64,000 nucleotides of DNA. Origin: a virus (Duplodnaviria; Caudoviricetes). Made by a program: the position numbers and the translations under genes. The notes under the pieces are model-generated. The model worked only from the letters and a program-made list of their open reading frames with translations, was not told the DNA's origin and did not search any database. The stretch is taken from positions 1-64,000 of the IMG/VR virus record IMGVR_UViG_3300028805_000055; one strand, 5' to 3'. Positions 29,860 to 38,841 of this stretch are shown here, piece by piece (the first letter of the stretch is position 1; each line of letters starts with the position of its first letter).

Positions 29860-30726
29860 ATGGAATATAAAAGGATATGCAGAATTTGCGGTAAAGAGTT
29901 AAAATATGGGTCTTACTCAGCATATTGGCTTGCTGAGAAAAATAACTCAATATGCAGAAATTGTGCCGCTAGGAATAAAGCTACTAGAAAATGTGATTTA
30001 TCACCATTACTAAATGAAACTCCAGAAGCATATTATTGGATTGGTTTCCTTTTGGCTGATGGTAGTTTTATTGATGGTAGGATTAAATTTCACCTAAAAC
30101 TTGGTGATTCTTCACAGGTAGAAAAGTTTGCTAAATTCATAAATTGGGTTGGTAATTTCGACGATAGAGGAGAACTAGGCATTGGTGTCGCTGCAAAGCA
30201 TACTAGTATTGTTAATGCCTTAGTCAAAAAGTTCGACATTAAGGAGAAAAAGACTTATAATCCTCCAGAAACTATATTAAATCACGACAAAAATTTACTC
30301 AAATATTTAATTGGAGGGTTTATTGATGGTGATGGAAATATTTCAAAGCAAACTGGTAGAAATGATTCATTCATACGAATTAAGCTACATAGTTCCTGGG
30401 AAAAGATACTAAAAGAATTCTGTGAAATCATAGGATATGATAAATCTCACGTAAAAATAAACAATAATGGGTATGCTGAATTAGTTATTTCTGATTCTAG
30501 AGTAATATCCAAGCTTAAAAAAACACTAGTTGATGGAAATATACCACTGTTAGAAAGAAAATGGTCAATCATAGATGATAATTTTATTAGTAGGTATGAA
30601 AAGTCCAAAATAACAAGAGAAAAAGTAATAGAACTATTATGCGAAGGAATGAAAAATAAGGATATAAGCAAGTTACTTTCTATATCACCTTCGTTAGTTA
30701 CAAAAATAAGTAAAAGTTATGAGTGA
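29860..30726 (+). CDS. Free-standing two-motif LAGLIDADG homing endonuclease
   Basis: YWIGFLLADGSF and LIGGFIDGDGNI; N-terminal CxxC...CxxC; C-terminal HTH; AT-rich; overlaps the start of the next gene. Confidence 0.88.
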   Translation: MEYKRICRICGKELKYGSYSAYWLAEKNNSICRNCAARNKATRKCDLSPLLNETPEAYYWIGFLLADGSFIDGRIKFHLKLGDSSQVEKFAKFINWVGNFDDRGELGIGVAAKHTSIVNALVKKFDIKEKKTYNPPETILNHDKNLLKYLIGGFIDGDGNISKQTGRNDSFIRIKLHSSWEKILKEFCEIIGYDKSHVKINNNGYAELVISDSRVISKLKKTLVDGNIPLLERKWSIIDDNFISRYEKSKITREKVIELLCEGMKNKDISKLLSISPSLVTKISKSYE

Positions 30727-31347
30727 TAATATTAAAACAAAATTTGAGAGTGGGTCGGACGTGTTTTTCACGTCCGACACCTAGTGACCCATTTTGGACA
30801 CGCCAATATCATTGGGTTCTGTAACCGCCCGTTCAAGGACGTGGAGGAAATGAACTACAAACTCATTGAGAACTGGAATAAGAAAGTCCCAGTGGATGGT
30901 CTGGTCTTCCATCTTGGGGATTTTGCTTGGGGTGGATACCCATTCTGGAAGAATATCAGAAGTCAACTCAATGGTAGAATTATTCTAATCAAGGGAAACC
31001 ACGATGAGAAGAATATGACACCAACTGCCGAGCAGGAACTATTCGATTATGTAACATTCCAGATGAAGGTGGAAATTGAGGGAAGGAAGGTTTATCTTAA
31101 CCATGTACCATTCCTATGCTATGGAGGTACTTATCGTGACCCGAAGGGGTTGGTATATCAGTTGTTCGGGCACGTCCATTCAGGTCCTGGTGCTAAGGGA
31201 TTGGACATAGACCGATTGAAAATGCTTTTCCCAACGCAATACGATGTAGGGGTTGATAAAAACAATTATGAGCCTGTATCCTGGGCAGAGGTTAATGAAG
31301 CCATAGGAAAACAGTTGCTCAAATCAAAATTTAAAAAAGAAAAATAA
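30719..31347 (+). CDS. Calcineurin-like metallophosphoesterase split by an 8-nt insert (candidate translational bypass), 206 aa if joined
   Basis: ATG 30719 gives MSDNIKTKFESGSDVFFTSDT-stop. Another frame resumes HFGHANII...HLGDF...KGNHD...LNH.P...GHVH. Joining restores FFTSDTHFGH. Confidence 0.85.
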
Positions 31348-31362
31348 AAAGAGTAGTGGCGT

Positions 31363-31734
31363 ATGGCACGAAATGTAAAGCTATCAAGGGTCGCTAAACT
31401 GACATTGCAGTTTATGAAACATAATGGTATATATAGATTATACTACAATGAGTTCAGAACTAACAGGTATAAAAAACCATATTTCTACAAGAAAGATGGA
31501 TATCTGGAATTCCTGCGTGACAGAATAGAGAACGATGGCTGGTTTCTCTGTAACCAGGAAGACAGGGAACTTGATAGTTATTTCATAAGGTATGTTCTTT
31601 TCATGATAAATGAGATTCACATATTACTTGAAAAACCACCAACATATGAGGATATATGTTTCTTCTACGACATGGTAGAGCTATATTTCAAGGAGCACGC
31701 CTTACTTGGAGCAAATGTATTGGTAAATGAGTAA
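31363..31734 (+). CDS. Hypothetical protein
   Basis: 123-aa ORF in operon. Confidence 0.6.
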   Translation: MARNVKLSRVAKLTLQFMKHNGIYRLYYNEFRTNRYKKPYFYKKDGYLEFLRDRIENDGWFLCNQEDRELDSYFIRYVLFMINEIHILLEKPPTYEDICFFYDMVELYFKEHALLGANVLVNE

Positions 31735-32434
31735 AATATTGATAATACCAGACGTACATGGTAGGACGTTCTGGAAAGATGCCGTTGAAAAACATGCTGA
31801 GGAATGCGATAAGATAGTATTCCTTGGGGACTACCTTGACCCATACCCTTGGGAGGGTATTACCAGGAGACAAGCCATCAAGAACTTTGAAGAAATAATA
31901 GACTATAAGGCAGCAAATAAGGATAAGGTAATTCTGCTTCTGGGAAATCACGATATGGAGTACTACGACAATAACTTCAGAACCAGGGTAAGATATGACG
32001 CAAGTCACGCCTATCACATAGCAGAGGATTTTAGGTCTCACAGAAGCTTTTTCCAGCTTGCATATGAGGAAACTATCAATGGTAAGACATATTTATTTAC
32101 ACATGCTGGTGTAACTAAGTCATGGCTGGAGAGATATAAGAACCTTATAGGAGAACCTACTGCCGATAACCTTAATCCGTTGAAAGATATGTCTGCTGGT
32201 GTAGTAAGCCTCACACAGATGTCAAGGTATCGTGCAACATGGGGAGAAAAGGTAGGAAGCATGGTGTGGTCTGACATCAACGAGAAGAAGGAAGATGAAG
32301 ACCTTGATGGCATCTACCAGATATTCGGGCATTCACAGCAGGAGGAGCACCCAGTGATTACGAGAACCTGGGCTTGCCTTGATTGCAGAAAAGCGTTTAT
32401 ACTAACAGAAGATGGAGGATTCCAAGATGTGTAA
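31727..32434 (+). CDS. Metallophosphoesterase
   Basis: PDVHG, LGDYLD, LGNHD, THAG, FGHS. Confidence 0.9.
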   Translation: MSKILIIPDVHGRTFWKDAVEKHAEECDKIVFLGDYLDPYPWEGITRRQAIKNFEEIIDYKAANKDKVILLLGNHDMEYYDNNFRTRVRYDASHAYHIAEDFRSHRSFFQLAYEETINGKTYLFTHAGVTKSWLERYKNLIGEPTADNLNPLKDMSAGVVSLTQMSRYRATWGEKVGSMVWSDINEKKEDEDLDGIYQIFGHSQQEEHPVITRTWACLDCRKAFILTEDGGFQDV

Positions 32435-32648
32435 GAAAAGTAAACCAACGAAGAGCACGGAACAGTACAAGATACTGAGGATGATTAGCCGTGATGAACA
32501 AATAGAGCGCAATGGTGGCGGTCAATTTGTTTCAATGAACCGTGTCTACAAGGACAAAAGTAAATATAACCGTAAAGGCATGAAAAAAGAGTTAAGGTCT
32601 CTCCTTAACTCTTTTTCTTTTTTCTACCTTTGTGGGACCACTTCTTAG
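32427..32648 (+). CDS. Small basic protein, possibly ArfA-like ribosome rescue factor
   Basis: SRDEQI...VYKDKSKYNRK motif; an intrinsic terminator lies inside the ORF before the stop. Confidence 0.4.
   Translation: MCKKSKPTKSTEQYKILRMISRDEQIERNGGGQFVSMNRVYKDKSKYNRKGMKKELRSLLNSFSFFYLCGTTS
32583..32623. terminator. Bidirectional intrinsic terminator
   Basis: AAAAAAGAGTTAAGG-tctct-CCTTAACTCTTTTT between convergent genes. Confidence 0.8.
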
Positions 32649-32856
32649 CATTTTGAGCAAACACAGCCCTCTTCCTGGTCAACGGATTCTTTGAATGTGT
32701 CAACTCCTCCGTTGACTTACCAGTCTTCTTCTTGGTTGCATTGAACTTACCCCTGTTCTTCTTCTTGATGTGAATACTACTCTTTCCCTCAAGAACAAGA
32801 TTAATGGACTCACTGATTATATTGTCTAATATATTCTCTGATATCATAACATTCAA
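32605..32856 (-). CDS. Small basic late protein
   Basis: ISENILDNIISESINLVLE leader followed by IHIKKKNRGKF...KRAVFAQNAKKW. Confidence 0.7.
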   Translation of the reverse strand: MNVMISENILDNIISESINLVLEGKSSIHIKKKNRGKFNATKKKTGKSTEELTHSKNPLTRKRAVFAQNAKKWSHKGRKKKKS

Positions 32857-32858
32857 AA

Positions 32859-33974
32859 TTAATACCTATAATTTTCATCATTAGAAGTCTTATGTGCTAA
32901 CCAGTCAACCATACACTGAACTTGCTTTGGTGAATAACCCTTCTCATCAAAAGCCCAGTCAATCTTACGCATTAGCCACTCTTCTGGTAATCCTAAGCCC
33001 TGTATATAAATACCCCTATATGGACTTTCCTCTTCTTTAAGTAGCTTTTTTACAGATTCCTTGATAAGATTGTGAAGTTCACTACCAGTCATCCTGGTGA
33101 TTCTTCCTTCTCTATAAATCTCATAGTTTCTATCATCTTGAACAGTTCCGTATTCGTTTGGAGTATCCTCATAATCAAAGTCATCCTCAAGCGTAGGCTC
33201 TGTCTCCTCTGGCTCAACTCCCTCATTTGCGTCAGCATGTGGAGAGAATGTAATACTAGCCTTACACTGTCCTTCTCCAACTTCCTTAATTCTCATAAGG
33301 CCTAAATAACTAAGCCCGCCTTCAGTATCAAGCTTAACAACATAATTATTACCTTCACAGGCATCAACGCACCTAAGATTGCCAATTTTACCAAGGATTC
33401 TCCTGTAGAAATCAAGGGCATCAGACACACCGCCAAATAACCTTGTATTAAGCTGCCCATTCTTCGTTAGGTCATTTATTCTCTTGAATAAACCTTTCTC
33501 AGTGGAAGGTTTTGTACCGTGAAACGTCGTCTTGATGTTCTCTTCCTTCCTGTATGCTTCGTTGATTCTATTAGCAATCCTCCTCTTGAGGTCTTCCTTC
33601 ATGGTGAAGTTGACAAGGTAGAGATTCCTCTGCATGTCTGACAGGAATGACTCACAGTCACTTCTCATGCCAGTGTAGGTATCTCCCTCATCCTCAAGAC
33701 TCTTGTAGAAAGTGTTGGTAACATCCAATACATCCTCAACGAATTTCTTCAATGTCGTAACCTTATATGATACTGGCTTCAAGTTACCAGTTGCAAGCTT
33801 TCCAGTGATTGACTGCTCAACCTCTGATACAGTATCCTGGAATTCAGCTATACTTTCTGCTATCTTGTCACAAAGCTCGTGCTGGGACAAATTATCAGCA
33901 TCCCAATGAAGCTCCTTGATGGCTGTTTTGTAGCCCTCAAGCTTGTTTACAAAACTAAGTACTTTCTTATTCAT
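32859..33974 (-). CDS. Protein with N-terminal ferritin-like four-helix domain
   Basis: KELHW...HELCD...D..SE...G pattern; internal SELHNLIKESVKKLLKE motif. Confidence 0.55.
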   Translation of the reverse strand: MNKKVLSFVNKLEGYKTAIKELHWDADNLSQHELCDKIAESIAEFQDTVSEVEQSITGKLATGNLKPVSYKVTTLKKFVEDVLDVTNTFYKSLEDEGDTYTGMRSDCESFLSDMQRNLYLVNFTMKEDLKRRIANRINEAYRKEENIKTTFHGTKPSTEKGLFKRINDLTKNGQLNTRLFGGVSDALDFYRRILGKIGNLRCVDACEGNNYVVKLDTEGGLSYLGLMRIKEVGEGQCKASITFSPHADANEGVEPEETEPTLEDDFDYEDTPNEYGTVQDDRNYEIYREGRITRMTGSELHNLIKESVKKLLKEEESPYRGIYIQGLGLPEEWLMRKIDWAFDEKGYSPKQVQCMVDWLAHKTSNDENYRY

Positions 33975-33997
33975 ATATTGTATATATTTAAATCTTA

Positions 33998-34405
33998 TTA
34001 TGGCTCATCTGGTGTTAAATTATCATCATCTGGCTCTGGTTCTGGAGGCATAACTCCAGCCATTCTTTTCCTCCTTCTCTCCATTCTGTAGTCTCTCAAG
34101 TCCTCATCAGCCTCAATCTGCAACTTCTCGTTCTCAACCCAAGAACGTGTCTTCATCTTGCTGTCAACCCAAGCCTTTGGAACTCCACTACCCAGGATAT
34201 ATCCACCACTACAAAGCAGGAAGATACCCATGTCGGTCAAGTTGGTGTCAACCTTACCATCGTAAACTACGTCGTATATGAGCACAAAACATATGACAAG
34301 TCCAATGATTACACCCATAATGGCAGATACCAACATGGTAATACTGTTCACACTCATTGAAGACTTGTCGTCAATAGACGCTTTTATGTTTTTAATAACA
34401 CCCAT
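33998..34405 (-). CDS. Two-TM membrane protein, holin-like
   Basis: Two hydrophobic helices and a charged C-terminus; late promoter at 34413. Confidence 0.45.
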   Translation of the reverse strand: MGVIKNIKASIDDKSSMSVNSITMLVSAIMGVIIGLVICFVLIYDVVYDGKVDTNLTDMGIFLLCSGGYILGSGVPKAWVDSKMKTRSWVENEKLQIEADEDLRDYRMERRRKRMAGVMPPEPEPDDDNLTPDEP

Positions 34406-34438
34406 ATTATACTATAAATACCTATTAGAGACGATAAA

Positions 34439-35368
34439 TTACTCTATTGCTCCAATTATTGTATCATCGTTTATTTGTTTAAAGTATTCCCTTTGTCCTG
34501 GTTTACCAGTAACTATTGTTTCGTTTGTCTCTTTGGCAACGAAATCGTTAATTGCTTCTTGTATTATCTTGCTGTAATCCATATTTTTATTTTCTGTGAA
34601 ATCATAAGATATCGTGGTAGTGCTTAAGTATTCCGTCTCTGGTTCATTCACAAATGCGTTTTTTTGTTCGTTTGAATAATACCAACCCCTTCCAGTTTCA
34701 TTTCTATATGCCATATATTTTGGGTTGAAACTTCTATACCATTCTATATAAGGGGTATAACGTGCATACCAATCTCTGTCTTTAAGTAGTTTCCTTTCGT
34801 ATGTTTTTCTACCAATGTTGTTTGTTTTAATAAAAAACCAAGGTTGTTTTCCATTCGGCTTACGAAGGAGACCAATAATAGCGCCTTCTTGTTTTTTCAT
34901 TGCAGTTCTTTTATCAAGTGCGGCTTGTGCTTTATCACTGAGTTTACTAGCATCACTCTCCCATGATTGAATTTTGGTTGTTGCGGTAACTCCCAAATTC
35001 ATCGAATTTATTCTATTACACTCTCCTTGAAACCAACTACCATGTGCATCATATCCTTTATTTTTTGTATATCTCCAATAATTTTTCACAATAAAATGCT
35101 CTGGGTGTGATGAATAATCAAGCACATGAATCATTTCATGAACAAGTATATTTCTTAAAACTTCTTCTGGACAATCACGTTTACTTACCATTTCAATTCT
35201 TAATGGTGTAATAGTGCCATAATTGAGACTAATCCTATACATAGCTCTACCCCAGGCTCTGCTAAGCCTGTTGTTTATAACCATTTTTATGTTTGGTAAT
35301 TGTCCACCAAATGCCAATTCGTTGAACTTGGCATAATTTTCTTCCATCCACTCAGTTGTAACTATCAT
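34439..35368 (-). CDS. SprT-like zinc metalloprotease
   Basis: FNELAFGGQLP, ILVHEMIH, HGSWF. Confidence 0.85.
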   Translation of the reverse strand: MIVTTEWMEENYAKFNELAFGGQLPNIKMVINNRLSRAWGRAMYRISLNYGTITPLRIEMVSKRDCPEEVLRNILVHEMIHVLDYSSHPEHFIVKNYWRYTKNKGYDAHGSWFQGECNRINSMNLGVTATTKIQSWESDASKLSDKAQAALDKRTAMKKQEGAIIGLLRKPNGKQPWFFIKTNNIGRKTYERKLLKDRDWYARYTPYIEWYRSFNPKYMAYRNETGRGWYYSNEQKNAFVNEPETEYLSTTTISYDFTENKNMDYSKIIQEAINDFVAKETNETIVTGKPGQREYFKQINDDTIIGAIE

Positions 35369-35517
35369 TACTTATATCTTTTAACCTATAAATATTGTTA
35401 AAAATCACTTTAAAAGGTAGAATTGTTTGGTTATTCCAAAATTTTTGTATATCTTTGCAACAAAAAATTGGAGGGCATGTGCTATGTCCGTATTGTATAA
35501 CTATTAAAGAATATATA

Positions 35518-36666
35518 ATGGAGATAAAGCAACCATTAGAGATTATCGACAAGTACAACAAGGTACTGATTGAACATTATCCAGACGTTTTAATTGATAA
35601 TCACGGAATGAGTCCAGATATCAATTACAGAATCCTGTTTACCTACGTCTACGGTCATAACCCACTCTATGAGTACGGTATTGCCGAAATGAAGGATACA
35701 AAGGCATTGAAGCTTTACAAGCGTTCACTGGATTCTGTCACCCTCAAGGATAAGTTCGCAAGATATTCCAAGAACTATTCGTTTATTGACACTGCTGAGA
35801 AGCTTGGCTGTGTGGCATTCCCAGTTAACAATATCGCAATGTTCCTAACTGAGGATGGCTTTGCCGTAATAGAAACATATAGTGCCAACATTGGAGACAG
35901 TGAGATTAAGAGAATCGAACACGTGAAGATTTACACAGATAACAAGGATACTGTGGGACAACTCGCTGAACACGTCATGGACAACCTCGTAATGGTTGAC
36001 TTGAACACCAATGATATGTCATCATACCTGTGGGTAAGACAGGGCTATTCAAGCGGTCTTATGACCCAGCAGCTTGAGTTCAAGAGAATGGAGCTTGACC
36101 TCAACAAGAACTATAATGATGACATGCCATACGAGAAGATTGTCAAGCTTCTTAATTCAGACCATAAGGAGCTTATCCTCTTCAACGGTGAGGCTGGTAC
36201 TGGTAAGACCTCCCTCATCAAGCACCTCATCGGTGTCATCGATGATAAAAAGTTCCTGTACATTGATTCCAGTCTCCTTAGCAATGTGACATCATCATCG
36301 TTTATCTCATTCCTGCTGGAATACAGAAACTCTGTGGTGGTATTGGAGGACTGTGAGAAGATTCTGTCCAAGAGAGAGGAAGGAAACCCATTCATGGGCA
36401 CACTCCTTAACCTTACAGACGGTATCATTGGCGAGACGGTCAACTGCAAGTTCATCTGTTCATTTAACTGCCCAGAAAGCAAGATTGATGAAGCACTCCT
36501 TAGAAAGGGAAGGCTCTCACTCAAGTATACATTCAACCCATTGAGCCTTGAGAAGACTCAGAAGTTTATCCCAGATGCTAAGAAGGGTATGACTCTCGCT
36601 GACATCTATAACAAGGATGATGAGAATGTCGTAAATAAGCAGGAAGTAAAGAAAATAGGATTCTGA
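35518..36666 (+). CDS. AAA+ ATPase
   Basis: GEAGTGKT, VLEDCE, LLNLTDG, IDEALLRKGRL, C-terminal KIGF; start adjusted. Confidence 0.88.
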   Translation: MEIKQPLEIIDKYNKVLIEHYPDVLIDNHGMSPDINYRILFTYVYGHNPLYEYGIAEMKDTKALKLYKRSLDSVTLKDKFARYSKNYSFIDTAEKLGCVAFPVNNIAMFLTEDGFAVIETYSANIGDSEIKRIEHVKIYTDNKDTVGQLAEHVMDNLVMVDLNTNDMSSYLWVRQGYSSGLMTQQLEFKRMELDLNKNYNDDMPYEKIVKLLNSDHKELILFNGEAGTGKTSLIKHLIGVIDDKKFLYIDSSLLSNVTSSSFISFLLEYRNSVVVLEDCEKILSKREEGNPFMGTLLNLTDGIIGETVNCKFICSFNCPESKIDEALLRKGRLSLKYTFNPLSLEKTQKFIPDAKKGMTLADIYNKDDENVVNKQEVKKIGF

Positions 36667-36890
36667 TGAAGAATAAAATAATACTCCTACAGTTTTTCAT
36701 AATCCTCATCATGGGTATTCACATAGCGACCCTAAACGAGGAGATTAAGTGCATTAACCTCATTTATCAGATTAAGGAATGTCTGAATAGTGATGAAGCA
36801 AAGGCTGTGGAGAGATATAATAAAAACGTATATGAAGCTATTAACGAGAGAAGAGTTCAAGAAGCAGGTGTTTGCCAAGACCAACGGTAA
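36666..36890 (+). CDS. Small membrane protein
   Basis: N-terminal hydrophobic helix. Confidence 0.5.
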   Translation: MKNKIILLQFFIILIMGIHIATLNEEIKCINLIYQIKECLNSDEAKAVERYNKNVYEAINERRVQEAGVCQDQR

Positions 36891-37164
36891 ATGCTGTGTT
36901 CCATGATGTCACTGTGACGCTGTAGACGCACATCACATCATGGACAGAAAGCTGTGGACTGACGGTGGCTACTACATAGAGAATGGTGCAGCACTCTGCT
37001 CAAGGCATCACATAATGGCTGAGGACGGTGATATAACACCCAGACAGTGCTATGAGTACATGGGCACTGAAAACTGGCTCAGGCCAGATAAGCTCACCTG
37101 TCTCACAGACGAGTAATTTAAATATTGCGTTAAACATTGTATAATCGATAAATGGGGTAAATAA
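36832..37164 (+). pseudogene. HNH endonuclease with two in-frame stops
   Basis: MKLLTREEFKKQVF...KCCVP*CHCDAVDAHHIMDRKLWTDGGYYIENGAALCSRHH...TDE*FKY...DKWGK; TGA at 36904, TAA at 37114. Confidence 0.8.
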
Positions 37165-37166
37165 GG

Positions 37167-37643
37167 ATGAAGATAATAAGAGCCAGCAAGTTCTATAACC
37201 GTGAAGAGGTTGAAAAGGACTTTGAAACCATGTATATCTTTACCGACAACACCGATAGGGATAGCGGTAAGGGAGAAATACCAGATAACGTCTGGTACTC
37301 CAAGATGTATGGTGCTGGTAAACACTTTCCAAAGGTCACATCAGCCTGTATAAGAGGACTTAAGAATGCCTACCCTATAACTACCCAACGTTGGTATAAC
37401 AAGCAGCACAAGGGCATTTATGGTAGGTGGAATGATGAAGATTTTGAGGAGTTCAAGAAAGTAATCGACGAGGATTTCCAACACATAAAGGATTGTATGG
37501 TGATGTATGAGAAAATCGTTTTCCCATTCGGAGGTATCTTCAATTCCAAGATTGCTAACATATCCAAAGCCAGAGTTCCAAAGCTCTACGATTATCTAAT
37601 GTCTAAATGTTTAGAACTACAAGAAAAATATGAAAAGTTATAA
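37167..37643 (+). CDS. Conserved phage hypothetical protein
   Basis: YIFTDN...IRGLKNAYPITT...IVFPFGGI. Confidence 0.65.
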   Translation: MKIIRASKFYNREEVEKDFETMYIFTDNTDRDSGKGEIPDNVWYSKMYGAGKHFPKVTSACIRGLKNAYPITTQRWYNKQHKGIYGRWNDEDFEEFKKVIDEDFQHIKDCMVMYEKIVFPFGGIFNSKIANISKARVPKLYDYLMSKCLELQEKYEKL

Positions 37644-37902
37644 GTACAACGATTTCGAGACTTTCTGGAATGAAAGTGGAATCCAGGAGACAGATGCTTT
37701 CAAGTATCTTGACAGGAAGTTCAACTTCCATGCAGTGCCAATGGATATGGAAGCACTCAAGTCCATTGTGAGAACCACTTGGTCACTTGTGGCTGAGTCA
37801 GCATATACACAGGGAAAACTCGATGGGAAAGACGACACTGAGGAAATGACAGAGGATATTGCCTCCCTCATTGACTCCTTGTCAAAAGTATACGGAACAT
37901 GA
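37630..37902 (+). CDS. Hypothetical protein
   Basis: Overlapping ORF in operon. Confidence 0.6.
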   Translation: MKSYKYNDFETFWNESGIQETDAFKYLDRKFNFHAVPMDMEALKSIVRTTWSLVAESAYTQGKLDGKDDTEEMTEDIASLIDSLSKVYGT

Positions 37903-38240
37903 CCACAGAAGAGAGAGATAAGATAATTCTAACGGCATTTGCTAAGTTCTTGAAGGCTAACGATGCCCTTGTACAATTTAGGGCGAACTATGTGAAGGAA
38001 CGCCCTGGATATCGTGCTGCATTTTTCCCATTACATAAGACCGATTGTAGGACACTAAGTGGAATGCCACGCTCATTTATCTGTTCCGCATTTTCTTGGG
38101 ATGAGACAAAAGAAGGACGTGAATTCTGGAGTAACCTATCTCGTAAGTGGTGTGAGCTATTGACAATATTGGAGAGAACTGATTATGAAATATCCGAGAA
38201 CATATCATCTACCTTTTTCACCAGGTGCAACGAAGGATGA
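37899..38240 (+). CDS. Hypothetical protein
   Basis: ATGA-coupled; AFSWDETKEGREFW. Confidence 0.6.
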   Translation: MTTEERDKIILTAFAKFLKANDALVQFRANYVKERPGYRAAFFPLHKTDCRTLSGMPRSFICSAFSWDETKEGREFWSNLSRKWCELLTILERTDYEISENISSTFFTRCNEG

Positions 38241-38841
38241 TAAGAAATTACAAGGTGATTGGTTTGATTTCTATCGTGGTAAGAAGATAGTCTTCACAGA
38301 GAAACTTGACGGAGAGAACACCTGTCTCTGCCAAAGTGGAGTCTTTGCACGTTCCCATTCAGCAGAGACTAGGAGTCCCTGGTCAATCAATCTGTGGGGC
38401 CAAGACGGACTCTACTGGAGAATCAAGAACTCCATAGGAAATAATGAGGAAATCTTCGGTGAAAACCTCTATGGAGAGCATTCTATCATCTACGATAAGC
38501 TTCTTAACTACTTCCACATATTCGCAGCCAACGACGGTGAAAGATGGTACTCCTGGGACGAAATTGTCGAAATGGCATTCATCCTGGATGTTCCACATGT
38601 GCCAGAACTGTACACATGTGAGGCAGAGTCGGAGAAACAGATTGAGGAAATCATAGCAGACCTCATGAAGCAACCCTCAACCTACGGCAAGGAGAAGGAA
38701 GGTATCGTCATGAGGATAACAGACTCATTCGCCATAGACTATTTCCCACACTATGTCTGCAAATATGTAAGACCAAACCACGTCCAGACGGATGAGCATT
38801 GGACTAGAAATTGGAAAAAGGCTAAACTACTTGACCTATGA
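38185..38841 (+). CDS. RNA ligase family protein
   Basis: KYPRTYHLPFS, TEKLDGEN (motif I), FGENL, EGIV, KYVRPNHVQTDEHW. Confidence 0.9.
   Translation: MKYPRTYHLPFSPGATKDDKKLQGDWFDFYRGKKIVFTEKLDGENTCLCQSGVFARSHSAETRSPWSINLWGQDGLYWRIKNSIGNNEEIFGENLYGEHSIIYDKLLNYFHIFAANDGERWYSWDEIVEMAFILDVPHVPELYTCEAESEKQIEEIIADLMKQPSTYGKEKEGIVMRITDSFAIDYFPHYVCKYVRPNHVQTDEHWTRNWKKAKLLDL

Noticed and set aside
30782-30789. Self-splicing intron or intein at the phosphoesterase break
   Set aside because: Eight nucleotides cannot form a ribozyme core or an intein.
30784-31347. GTG-initiated 187-aa phosphoesterase as given in the ORF track
   Set aside because: It would lack the first beta-strand and the metal-binding Asp of DxH, which are encoded just upstream in another frame.
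36904-36906. Selenocysteine or Trp readthrough of TGA in the HNH gene
   Set aside because: A second in-frame TAA is also present, TGA is a normal stop elsewhere, and no SECIS-like hairpin is evident.
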